Positions 20,246-31,440 of a DNA stretch of 64,000 nucleotides are shown here, one piece after another. This DNA comes from Planctomycetota bacterium (GTDB lineage Bacteria; Planctomycetota; UBA11346). Under the pieces are notes generated by a model. It searched no databases and was not told the origin of the DNA. It worked only from the letters and a program-made list of their open reading frames with translations. Made by a program: the position numbers and the translations under genes. The stretch is taken from positions 64,001 through 128,000 of the forward strand of contig JBBRLJ010000001.1 in NCBI GenBank assembly GCA_038231435.1. Reading direction: 5' to 3'. The stretch's first letter is position 1. Each line of letters begins with the position of its first letter.

Positions 20246-21160
20246 TCATCCGACCTCGACTCCCCCGTATCCCGCCTCCACCCTCGGCACCGCCTCGAGC
20301 GACGGCACCCGGTAGCGCGGATCCGCGCGATCCGCATCAAAGGCGATGCCGATGCGCGTCCATCCCCCCTCGATGTCAAAGGCGTGGTCGCCGGTGAGAT
20401 GACGCCACAGGCGGGTGCGATGCATGAACTCGACGAGATGGTTCGACATCCATGGATGGCCACGGCGGAAGACCGGGTGCGGATCGTAGGTGCCGAGCTC
20501 CGAGGTGTCCCACAGGCGTACCTGCGGCACGGTCGGATTCAGGCGCAGCTTGAACATGGTGCGTGGCCGCGGGCTCAGATTCGGGCGCCCCGCGTGCCAC
20601 AGCGCGCCGTGCCACGCGACGATGGTGCCGGCCGGGCAGACCACCTGGGTCGCGCCACGCATGTGCTGATAGCGGTAGAGATTATTGTCGTGCGGGCGGC
20701 GGAAGTGGGTGCCGGGGACCACCAGGGTGCCGCCCATCTCGCGCGTGACCTCATGCGGGAAGATGCTGAGGTTGATGTCGAAGGTGAACGGGCGCAGGTC
20801 GACGGCGAAATCCTGGTGGATGCTCGCGCCGCCGGTGTTGCGCCTGAAGGCCCCGGCTGGCCGGGTATGATTGACGTGGTGGTCGTAGAGCGGTTGCGGA
20901 CCGACCAAGCTGTGGATCAGCCCACGCACCGCCGGCAGTTCGAGGACCTCGCGCATGGCGGTCGCGCGCCACGTGCCTTCGAGCATGCCCGCGAGCGGAC
21001 GGTTGTACGGATGGACGACGCGCGATTCACCAAGATCGCCGGCCTCGAGTTCGGCCTGGAAGCGCCGGCACAGGTCTTCGGGGACGATACGGTCGAAGCG
21101 CAGGTAGCCCTGGTCGGTGAACTCGGCCATCTGGGCGGTGGTGAGCAGCCGGTCATGCAT
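20246..21160 (-). CDS. PhyH family Fe(II)/2OG dioxygenase
   Basis: RBS AGGAG; FTDQGYL, IHQD (HxD), MGGTLVVPGTH, AGTIVAWHGALWHAG, RTMFKLR. Confidence 0.88.
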   Translation of the reverse strand: MHDRLLTTAQMAEFTDQGYLRFDRIVPEDLCRRFQAELEAGDLGESRVVHPYNRPLAGMLEGTWRATAMREVLELPAVRGLIHSLVGPQPLYDHHVNHTRPAGAFRRNTGGASIHQDFAVDLRPFTFDINLSIFPHEVTREMGGTLVVPGTHFRRPHDNNLYRYQHMRGATQVVCPAGTIVAWHGALWHAGRPNLSPRPRTMFKLRLNPTVPQVRLWDTSELGTYDPHPVFRRGHPWMSNHLVEFMHRTRLWRHLTGDHAFDIEGGWTRIGIAFDADRADPRYRVPSLEAVPRVEAGYGGVEVG

Positions 21161-21536
21161 GGCGCGTCTCCTGCGTGGCCTTCTCCAACGTAGTCTTTGC
21201 CATCGCATCCAGCGGCGGCGCGACGCAGTCCTCGAGCTTCTCGAGCACGAACTCGTTCGGCAGCGGTCCCGAGACGTAGCCGTTGTCGGTCGTAGAGGCC
21301 TGGATCTCCGGGAACTTGATCACACGCCAGCCATCGCGCATGGCCGCAAGCACGCTCGCGTACGGCGGCTCGCGGTCATCGCCCTCGAAGTCGGAGTGGC
21401 CAGTGCCGTCGTACTCGGCCCACACCACCACCTCGCTGGTCAAGCAGGCGTTCTGCAGGTAGAGCACCAGCAGGCGCTGGCGCAGAGTGTTTGCCGCGCG
21501 GGCTGTGGCGGGGGGATGTGCGGCGAGCGTGCTCAT
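21153..21536 (-). CDS. Small hypothetical protein translationally coupled to the PhyH gene
   Basis: GGAGG RBS before ATG 21536; 8-nt overlap with the PhyH start; globular-looking sequence LLVLYL..WAEYDGTG..EPPYASVLAAMRDGWRVIKFP. Confidence 0.7.
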   Translation of the reverse strand: MSTLAAHPPATARAANTLRQRLLVLYLQNACLTSEVVVWAEYDGTGHSDFEGDDREPPYASVLAAMRDGWRVIKFPEIQASTTDNGYVSGPLPNEFVLEKLEDCVAPPLDAMAKTTLEKATQETRHA

Positions 21537-21603
21537 CGTTTCCTCCATGCTTGCACGATGGCGTCGGCGACCGACGGTGTCCATGTCGTAAACGGGAACC
21601 TGT

Positions 21604-22446
21604 ATGTCTTTATCGGCGTCTCCACGCATGGTCGTGCCATCTTCGCTGCCTTCTGGCGCATGGTTGCAGCTGGCGATTGTCCGATTCGGCCTGGTCGAGA
21701 TGGACGCGCGACTCGACCGTGCCGCCTGGCAGGACCCGTTCTGGAAGATCTACCTCCATGCCGAGCCCGGAGGCGAGGTCGTCGACGAGCGCGGCCGCAC
21801 CACCCTGCTCGCACCGCGGACCATCGTCGTGCTACCTGCCTGGCAGCGTTGGCAGGTGGTGACGCGGCGCACGCTCGAGCACCTGTACGTGGTGGTCGAC
21901 GCGCCCCAGCTCCCGGCCTCGCTGGTGCGCCGGCATTTCCTCGGCGCGTGGACCATGCCAGACGAACGCGCCTGGCGCGATCGCGCGCGCGGCCTTGCCG
22001 CCGCGGGCGGACGCATCCAGGCCGTACGAGCGCCGACGCTGTCCGACGCCTGCGCCATCCAGGCGCTGTGCAACCGCGTCTTCGAGAGCCTGCTCGCGCC
22101 GCTCGCTTCGACGACGCCGCCGCCCGAGCCGGTGCGGGCTGCGCTCGAACATCTCGACGCCCACCTCGATGGCGATTGCCGCGCCTCGCTGCTCGCGCGC
22201 CGTGCCGGCGTGGGCATCAAAAGCCTCAACGCGGCGTTCCGCTCCGCGCTGGGCGTGAGTGCCGCATCCTACGTGCGCGAACGCCGCATCGCGCGCGCGG
22301 CCGACCTCCTCCTGACCAGCGCCTGGGGACTGGAGCGCATCGCCGAGGCCGCCGGATTCCCGAACCGGCATTACCTGACGCGGGTGTTCACGCGACGGAT
22401 GGGCGTGCCGCCCGCGCGGTACCGCGCGCAACGCGCTCCGCGCTGA
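21604..22446 (+). CDS. AraC family transcriptional regulator
   Basis: RRIARAADLLLTSAWGLERIAEAAGFPNRHYLTRVFTRRMGVPPARYR; divergent from the hypothetical-PhyH operon. Confidence 0.9.
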   Translation: MSLSASPRMVVPSSLPSGAWLQLAIVRFGLVEMDARLDRAAWQDPFWKIYLHAEPGGEVVDERGRTTLLAPRTIVVLPAWQRWQVVTRRTLEHLYVVVDAPQLPASLVRRHFLGAWTMPDERAWRDRARGLAAAGGRIQAVRAPTLSDACAIQALCNRVFESLLAPLASTTPPPEPVRAALEHLDAHLDGDCRASLLARRAGVGIKSLNAAFRSALGVSAASYVRERRIARAADLLLTSAWGLERIAEAAGFPNRHYLTRVFTRRMGVPPARYRAQRAPR

Positions 22447-22524
22447 GCGTTGCCGGGCGGCCAACGCACAGAGTTCGGCGAAGTGCGGCCTTGCCGCGAT
22501 TCAGATCCTAGGGTATTCGTAACC

Positions 22525-24000
22525 ATGCGCTTTCTTCTGCCCCTGGTATTCGTCGCTGGCCCAGGTTTCGCCGCCGTCGACGCGGATCTCCCCACCTGGC
22601 CCGACCCAGCGACCTTCACACCCGGCCAGGAGAACAAGTTCCGCTTGCCGGGCTTCGCGCCCTACCTCGCCTACCCGGACAAGGACCCGTACTACAACGT
22701 GCTGATGGTACCGGCGAATTACGACCCGAAGCGCTCGTATCCCCTCGGCATCGAGTTCCAGCCGCAGAACGGCAAGCCGAGCAGCTGGTTCCTCGCGCAC
22801 GCCAATGACAATCAATCGTTCGTGCTCGGCGTGTCGTGGATGATCCCGGCAAGCGCCAAGGACCGCAAGGAGGGCGACGAGACCAAGGGCCCCGACGACG
22901 TCCATATCGGCCCGATCCTGCACATGGCGACGATCCAGTGGGTGCTCGAGCATTTCAACGTCGATCGAGCGCGCGTCTTCGTCGGCGGCATGTCGGCCGG
23001 CGGCTGGGCGGCGTCCTCCGAGGGCATGTCGGGATTCTTCAAGAACGTCAGTACCCATTTCGTCATCCTCAATGCCGGCAACCGCGGCACCTACAACCCG
23101 GCTTGGTTTGCCGGCGATTTCGCCTTCGTCGCCTCGGGCACCGCCGACTTCAACAACGCCGCCGCGCTGCAGGCGATCGACGAGCTCTCGAAGGCGAAGC
23201 TCGACGTCACCCATTACGAGGAGCCAGGCATCGGCCACGACGTCGGCCCACAGACCTACATCAAGCTCGCCGAGTGGTATCGGCGCTTCGATCCCTCGGC
23301 GCATGCCCAGGAATGGCTCGACCAGGCCACGGCCGCGCTGGCCGACAAGGCGACCAAGGATCCGACGGCGGCGCTCGCGCAACTGGCCGAGGTCGCGACG
23401 CTCGGTGAGAACAGTCCGCAAGGCAAGGCCGCGCGCGAAGCCCTGCTCGCGCGCGAAGGCGACGCGCTGACCACCTACGAGCGCGGCTACGACGCCCTGC
23501 TGCACCGTCGCTACGCGGAAGCCCAGAAACTGCTCATCGCCGCGCAGAAGGCCGCGGCGAAGACCCGGACGCCGCGCATCATGACCCTCGCGAGCAAGCG
23601 TCTGGCCGAGATCCAGGAATGGATGTTCAGCGAGGAATCGGTCGCGCTCCAGGCGGCGCACGCCGCCGGGCGCGATCTCGAGGCGGCGGCCCTGGCACAG
23701 GACTGCGCCACGCGCTGGAAGGACGAACCCAAGGACTGGCCTGCGAACATCACCATGTGGATCAAGGTGACCACCGCCCTGGCGCAGGCGCAGAAGCCCG
23801 ATCCCAAGCATCGCCAGGCGCAGCTCGATCTGGTCAAATGGCGCCTCGCGCTGATGACCGCCAAGGCCGACGGCGCGGCCGACAACAAGAAGGGCCACGA
23901 CATCCTCTCGGCGATCGTCGACGCCCTGCCCGATTCCGGCGAGGCCGCCGAGGCGAAGGAATTGCTGACGCGCTGGCCGGTGGTCGAAGCCAAGAAGTAG
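22525..24000 (+). CDS. Secreted alpha/beta-hydrolase (esterase-like) with a helical TPR-like C-terminal half
   Basis: Signal peptide MRFLLPLVFVAGPGFA; VPANYDPKRSYPL, RVFVGGMSAGG (GxSxG), GTAD, GIGH. Confidence 0.75.
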   Translation: MRFLLPLVFVAGPGFAAVDADLPTWPDPATFTPGQENKFRLPGFAPYLAYPDKDPYYNVLMVPANYDPKRSYPLGIEFQPQNGKPSSWFLAHANDNQSFVLGVSWMIPASAKDRKEGDETKGPDDVHIGPILHMATIQWVLEHFNVDRARVFVGGMSAGGWAASSEGMSGFFKNVSTHFVILNAGNRGTYNPAWFAGDFAFVASGTADFNNAAALQAIDELSKAKLDVTHYEEPGIGHDVGPQTYIKLAEWYRRFDPSAHAQEWLDQATAALADKATKDPTAALAQLAEVATLGENSPQGKAAREALLAREGDALTTYERGYDALLHRRYAEAQKLLIAAQKAAAKTRTPRIMTLASKRLAEIQEWMFSEESVALQAAHAAGRDLEAAALAQDCATRWKDEPKDWPANITMWIKVTTALAQAQKPDPKHRQAQLDLVKWRLALMTAKADGAADNKKGHDILSAIVDALPDSGEAAEAKELLTRWPVVEAKK

Positions 24001-24022
24001 GTCGCGGTCGGAAGCCGCCCTC

Positions 24023-24343
24023 TCAGTCCGCGCGGACATCCTGCGACGGATAGAACCAGCGGGCGGTCGGCATGCTTGAATCCGCTGGCGGTCGCGGCTC
24101 GACCGCCTCCACATCGACCGCGGTCACCTCACTGCATGCGAAGCTCGTCTCCTCGCCGGAATCATCCCGCAGGGTGGCGTGCCGCGCCGACGACAGCAAT
24201 TCCCACCAGTAGCCGACGAGCGCGACCTCGTCCGCGCAGTAGCGGCTGCGGAAACGCACCCGCCGTCCATCCATGAGCGTGAGGCTGAGCATGCGCTGTT
24301 GGAGCGAGCCGAGCTTCGCCTGGCGGTAGATGCGGGTCGTCAC
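24023..24343 (-). CDS. Hypothetical protein
   Basis: 106-aa ORF filling the intergenic space, co-oriented downstream of the desaturase. Confidence 0.5.
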   Translation of the reverse strand: MTTRIYRQAKLGSLQQRMLSLTLMDGRRVRFRSRYCADEVALVGYWWELLSSARHATLRDDSGEETSFACSEVTAVDVEAVEPRPPADSSMPTARWFYPSQDVRAD

Positions 24344-24418
24344 GGGTCACAGCCTATGGCCGACCGCCGTCTATTCGTGCTGTTTTACCCGCTAGAGCCT
24401 TCGGGGTAGGCGGGGTGG

Positions 24419-25141
24419 CTAGAGGTGGCTGGCCACACCCCCGCCCGACGGGACTCCGGGGCACGCAATCCGCTCCACGCCGACCCCCCCTGGCGGGTCC
24501 GATCCGATGATGGCCTCGGTCCCGAACAGCGCATCCCAGAACGGGAACGTTCCCGCGAAGTTCCGCCCAACCTGGGACTCGTGATGGCGATGGTGGAAGG
24601 CCGGCGTCGCCACCACCCGCTCCAGCAAGCCGAAGCGCACACTGACGTCCGCGTGCAGGAACGACGTCCACGCCTTGCGGATCAGCACCAGGGCGATGAC
24701 GTCCGACAGCGAGGCGCCGAGGACGGCGCCGGGGATGCCAGCGGCGACGCCGTGCAGGACGAAGTCCACGGGATGCTGGCGCCAGGCCTCGAGCCAGTTC
24801 AGCCCAACCGAGGCATGGTGCACGCGATGGATGCGCCACAACCACGGGACCCGGTGCATGGCGCGATGCAGCAGATAGCCCAGCAGATCCGCGAGCACGA
24901 AGGCGGCGATGAGCCGGCCAGGAGTGGCGGCTTCGCTGCTGTCGCACCAGCGTTCGAGCGGCGCGAGTAGCGCTGGAGCAAGTGCGTTCATCAACAGCGT
25001 GTTGCCCACGAAGAGCACGACGCACAGCAGCGCGGCGAGCGCCGGCTGCCGATGTCCTCGCTTGGGGAAGATCCGTTCGAGCGGGATGATCGTCCCCGCG
25101 CACAGCGCGAGGAACACCACGGCTCCGAGCAACGTCGGCAT
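24419..25141 (-). CDS. Sterol desaturase / fatty acid hydroxylase superfamily membrane di-iron enzyme
   Basis: His boxes HRAMH, HRVHH, FLHAD and HHRHH plus NFAGTFPFWDALFGT; transmembrane helices; GGAG RBS before ATG 25141. Confidence 0.92.
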   Translation of the reverse strand: MPTLLGAVVFLALCAGTIIPLERIFPKRGHRQPALAALLCVVLFVGNTLLMNALAPALLAPLERWCDSSEAATPGRLIAAFVLADLLGYLLHRAMHRVPWLWRIHRVHHASVGLNWLEAWRQHPVDFVLHGVAAGIPGAVLGASLSDVIALVLIRKAWTSFLHADVSVRFGLLERVVATPAFHHRHHESQVGRNFAGTFPFWDALFGTEAIIGSDPPGGVGVERIACPGVPSGGGVASHL

Positions 25142-25160
25142 GGCCCGTCTCCGCTGTGAC

Positions 25161-25529
25161 TCAATAGCCTTCGTACGCGCCGAACGCGATCGGACCGCCA
25201 CCCATCGATGCCCACTGGAGCAGGGCATACACGCCGACGATCGCCACGATCCCGCTCAGCAGCAGCATCCGTACGCGATGCCTGGCGTTTGCCGGCGCGC
25301 GCGGCGCCAGTCCGATCGGGGGCGGTGCCACGGCGGGCAGCCTGATCAGCGCCGGAGACGCCACCGATGGCGCCGTGCCGGCGTTCTTGGCCATCCATTG
25401 CTTGAGGATGTCACCCCATGCCTTCGGGACGTGACGTGGTCCAGCCTGCTGCTGGCGTCGCGCGCCGAGCAGGGCGGGATTCACGATCCAGCGCGATCCG
25501 TGGCTGAAGGCTTCCGTGCGGTGGTTCAT
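25161..25529 (-). CDS. Small single-TM protein ending in IAFGAYEGY
   Basis: Strong RBS AGGAGAGGAG; 122 aa; TM segment MLLLSGIVAIVGVYALL; C-terminal motif shared with the neighbouring gene; stop lies 19 nt upstream of the desaturase start. Confidence 0.75.
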   Translation of the reverse strand: MNHRTEAFSHGSRWIVNPALLGARRQQQAGPRHVPKAWGDILKQWMAKNAGTAPSVASPALIRLPAVAPPPIGLAPRAPANARHRVRMLLLSGIVAIVGVYALLQWASMGGGPIAFGAYEGY

Positions 25530-25545
25530 GGTCGGCTCCTCTCCT

Positions 25546-25583
25546 GGCGATGGCTGTCCGGACTGGCGATGGCTACCCGGACT
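25546..25583. repeat. 19-bp tandem direct repeat (17/19 identical)
   Basis: GGCGATGGCTGTCCGGACT / GGCGATGGCTACCCGGACT immediately upstream of the RBS of the 25161-25529 gene. Confidence 0.8.
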
Positions 25584-25725
25584 ACACGACAAGATACGCG
25601 CGGCTTCCCGTGCCGTTCTGGTGAAAGATGTCCCTCGATTGCCACGGACGCGCAATCTCGGGCGGGATCGTCCCGCACTTCGGCAATGCCTGTGACCCAG
25701 CCGAGCTCTCGGCGATCCAGCTCCC

Positions 25726-26052
25726 TCAGTAGCCCTCGTACCTGCCGAAACTGATCCTGGGGCGTTCGATCGTGGAGCCCTGCCCGGCTCGTATTCCAGC
25801 TGTCGACGCGGCGGTCGACGACCGGGGGCCCGGCGCGGCGGCACGGGGCGGGGTGGCCGCGGCAGTCGCGGACGGCGCGTCTTCCATCCGCGCCGGCGCC
25901 TGGGCCCGCGTCACAGGCGATGCCGACACCGGGGGCAGCGGGCGCGCCTTCACGACGACGACCGCCGCCGCGCCCAGCGAGAAGATCATGGACAGCACGC
26001 CCAGGAGGACGGTGCCATCGGATGGCCGTGGCTTACGGATGCGGCGGTGCAT
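25726..26052 (-). CDS. Small single-TM protein ending in ISFGRYEGY
   Basis: GGAGG RBS; 108 aa; basic N-terminus, TM VLLGVLSMIFSLGAAAVVVV, Pro/Ala linker, conserved C-terminal motif. Confidence 0.75.
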   Translation of the reverse strand: MHRRIRKPRPSDGTVLLGVLSMIFSLGAAAVVVVKARPLPPVSASPVTRAQAPARMEDAPSATAAATPPRAAAPGPRSSTAASTAGIRAGQGSTIERPRISFGRYEGY

Positions 26053-26143
26053 GGATCGCCTCCATCACCATGAACGCGGCTTGGACGCCCAGGTTCACCG
26101 CGCGGTGGCTGGATTCCGCGCATTCCAGCGTCACCATCCGCTC

Positions 26144-26548
26144 GTGCTCATCACTCCGATCACCATCCGCCTGATCGTCTATGGCCAGAAGGCCAATGTC
26201 TCCGCCATCCGCGGCCGCGCCGCGGATCTCCTGAAAGAGGAGCACGGCAAGGCCGATGGATCGTGCTTCGTCGAGACACCTGCGGCCGATGTCCACGCCG
26301 AGATCATCGCCACGCGCTGGGACGACGAGGTGGTGCTCAAGAAGCCCACCCCGAGCCAGGCCGGCATCGTCATCACGCTGCCAGAGGTCCACGAACGCCT
26401 GACCACCGAGTGGCTCCATGAATTGCCGGTGGCCAAGACCTGCGTCGCGTTCGCTACCTGGAACGGCGCGCGTGATCCCGTGTCCTGGCAGCTGCTGATG
26501 GCCCTGGGTGGACACTGGTCGGAAAATCGCCCGTTCGGATCGACGTGA
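26144..26548 (+). CDS. Hypothetical protein
   Basis: 3' part of track ORF 25772-26548 has globular composition and GC-rich third positions; likely GTG start at 26144. Confidence 0.55.
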   Translation: MLITPITIRLIVYGQKANVSAIRGRAADLLKEEHGKADGSCFVETPAADVHAEIIATRWDDEVVLKKPTPSQAGIVITLPEVHERLTTEWLHELPVAKTCVAFATWNGARDPVSWQLLMALGGHWSENRPFGST

Positions 26549-26662
26549 TCGGCCATCCCGGCCCACAGCGTGCTCGACTTTCGACGACGTCCGCCACGGT
26601 CACCGAGTCCCTCTGCTCTCCTCCCCCATCGAGGCTCCCCCGTCGAATCTCCCCGTCAAAAA

Positions 26663-28351
26663 CTATAGCAACGACAGCTGCTTCGCTCCGTGCGTCGTGC
26701 CCAACACCCGGTCGACGAGATCACGAGCCTCGGACAGGTACCAGCCACGATCGATGACCGCGAGGTCCACCCGCGCGGGGTCCCACACCGGGATCGCTTG
26801 GGTGGCGACGGTAGAGGTCTCGCGATGTCCGGTCGATTGGACGATCGGCTCGCCGCCGCGTCCGACCACCCATCTGACCACGCGCTCGTCGACTGCGCGA
26901 CCGCCCCAGCTCAGATCCCGCGCCCGGCGCCACATGGCGAAATCGGTCACCACCGTGGATCCGGCGATCACGTCCTCCATGCGGCGCTGGTGGACGAGGT
27001 GTTCGACGGCCGCCCGCGCGACCACTGGAGCCGCCGAGCGCCGTGACGCCTCGGCCGCGTCGTCGTCCCCACCCGCGAACCTGCCCTTGGCCTTCACCAC
27101 CTCGCCATCCGGCCCCTGGGCCACGTAGTCATTCACGCTGGTGCGCCAGATCCGCCGGTAGGCGGTGCGCTCGAGCGTCAGGCCGGTCAGCGTCTCCCAC
27201 GCCGATGCACCAGCCTCGGCGTCGCCACGCACCACCACACCATCGGTGTTGGCCGAAATCAGCTCGCAACCGCTGGCCACGAGCCCATCGATCAGCTGCA
27301 GGAGCCTGAGTTGGCCGGTGAGCACCACGCGTAGCGCGTCCGGTGGCGAGAACAGTCCGCTGCGCGAATTCCCGAGCTGCCCGTACAAGCTGTTGATGAC
27401 GTATTTCAGCGCCTGGCTCGCGGTGTGGTCGCGCGCGCGTTTGGCTTCGAGGCGACGCGCCATCAGCAGCCCGACGCGGCGCGAGAAATCCGGCAGCTGC
27501 GGCGGCGAGATGGCGTCGGCCGCAATGATGGATGGATAGTACGAGGCGACGTCCAGATCGACGAGCGGCCCGTCGATCGCTCCCGCCGGATCGCACGAAT
27601 GCAGGCCGCCGACGCCGAGCGCGAGTTCGGCGGAACCAACAGTGAAGGTGCCTCCGGCGGCGGGCGCGAGCGACAGCCGGCCGCGATCGTCCCAGCGCAC
27701 CGAGCCATCGAGGATCGAGCGCATCGCCGCGCGCGCGTCGTCTCCTGTGGCCTGGAAACGCTCCGGCCGGCTCAGCAGTTCGCTCACCGGAACCTCGCCG
27801 GGCACCACCGCGCGCTGCACCTGATCGCGGCGCAAGCCCTCGAGCACCACCGTCTCGGCCAGCTGGCCGGTCGCCGACAGCCACGCGGCATCGCCGATCC
27901 ACGGATGATAATCGAGCAGGCGCTGGCGCACCGCCACCTGGCCGGCGTACCGCTCCATGAGTCGCGCGATGGTCTCGGCCGCCACCAGCGCGTCGCCCAT
28001 CGGCAGCGCCAGGCCGGCCCTGCAACACGCCCCGTCCAGATCGCCGACGATGATGCTGGCGTCGATGGTACGGGCCCATCGGCGCGGGTACCGGCGCAGC
28101 GCGCGGACCAGGTGGCGGTCTGCAGGCGCGCCACCGGCGAAGACCGAGGGCGCCCCCTCGTCACCGGCGGCGATCGCGCACAGCAATCGCTCGCCATCCC
28201 ACGGCGACAACTCGCCCTGGGACTCCGTAACGATGGTGAGGCCAGGGTCGTCGAGCAGCTGCCGGGCCACGTCCCAAGGCAGGATCCGGCTCCTGCCAGC
28301 GGCATGCACGGCGAGACCCGCGCCAGTAGGCAGGACGGCTGCGGTGGGCAC
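26663..28351 (-). CDS. Family B DNA polymerase (phage-like 'NTDG' type) with a degenerate N-terminal exonuclease region
   Basis: LGVGGLHS; motif A VDLDVASYYPSII; motif B RRLEAK..QALKYVINSLYGQLG; VVLTGQLRLLQL; motif C ISANTDGVVV; SVNDYVA; KAKGRF. Start uncertain (GTG 28351 avoids overlapping the kinase gene). Confidence 0.85.
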   Translation of the reverse strand: MPTAAVLPTGAGLAVHAAGRSRILPWDVARQLLDDPGLTIVTESQGELSPWDGERLLCAIAAGDEGAPSVFAGGAPADRHLVRALRRYPRRWARTIDASIIVGDLDGACCRAGLALPMGDALVAAETIARLMERYAGQVAVRQRLLDYHPWIGDAAWLSATGQLAETVVLEGLRRDQVQRAVVPGEVPVSELLSRPERFQATGDDARAAMRSILDGSVRWDDRGRLSLAPAAGGTFTVGSAELALGVGGLHSCDPAGAIDGPLVDLDVASYYPSIIAADAISPPQLPDFSRRVGLLMARRLEAKRARDHTASQALKYVINSLYGQLGNSRSGLFSPPDALRVVLTGQLRLLQLIDGLVASGCELISANTDGVVVRGDAEAGASAWETLTGLTLERTAYRRIWRTSVNDYVAQGPDGEVVKAKGRFAGGDDDAAEASRRSAAPVVARAAVEHLVHQRRMEDVIAGSTVVTDFAMWRRARDLSWGGRAVDERVVRWVVGRGGEPIVQSTGHRETSTVATQAIPVWDPARVDLAVIDRGWYLSEARDLVDRVLGTTHGAKQLSLL

Positions 28352-28433
28352 GTGGAAAGCGTCGACGAGCGGAGGATGAAGGAACCGAATTGTCGCCGCC
28401 CATCGGCCCTGGCGACCGATCCATGACGCCCGA

Positions 28434-31337
<2,904 letters not shown>

Positions 31338-31440
31338 GTCATCACGAGTATAACCCACGAAGCTTCCCCCGTCCATGCGATGCGGCCGATTCCCCAGGCG
31401 CGGATTCCGGGCCGCGCTAGCGTGGCCCATCACGACGAGC

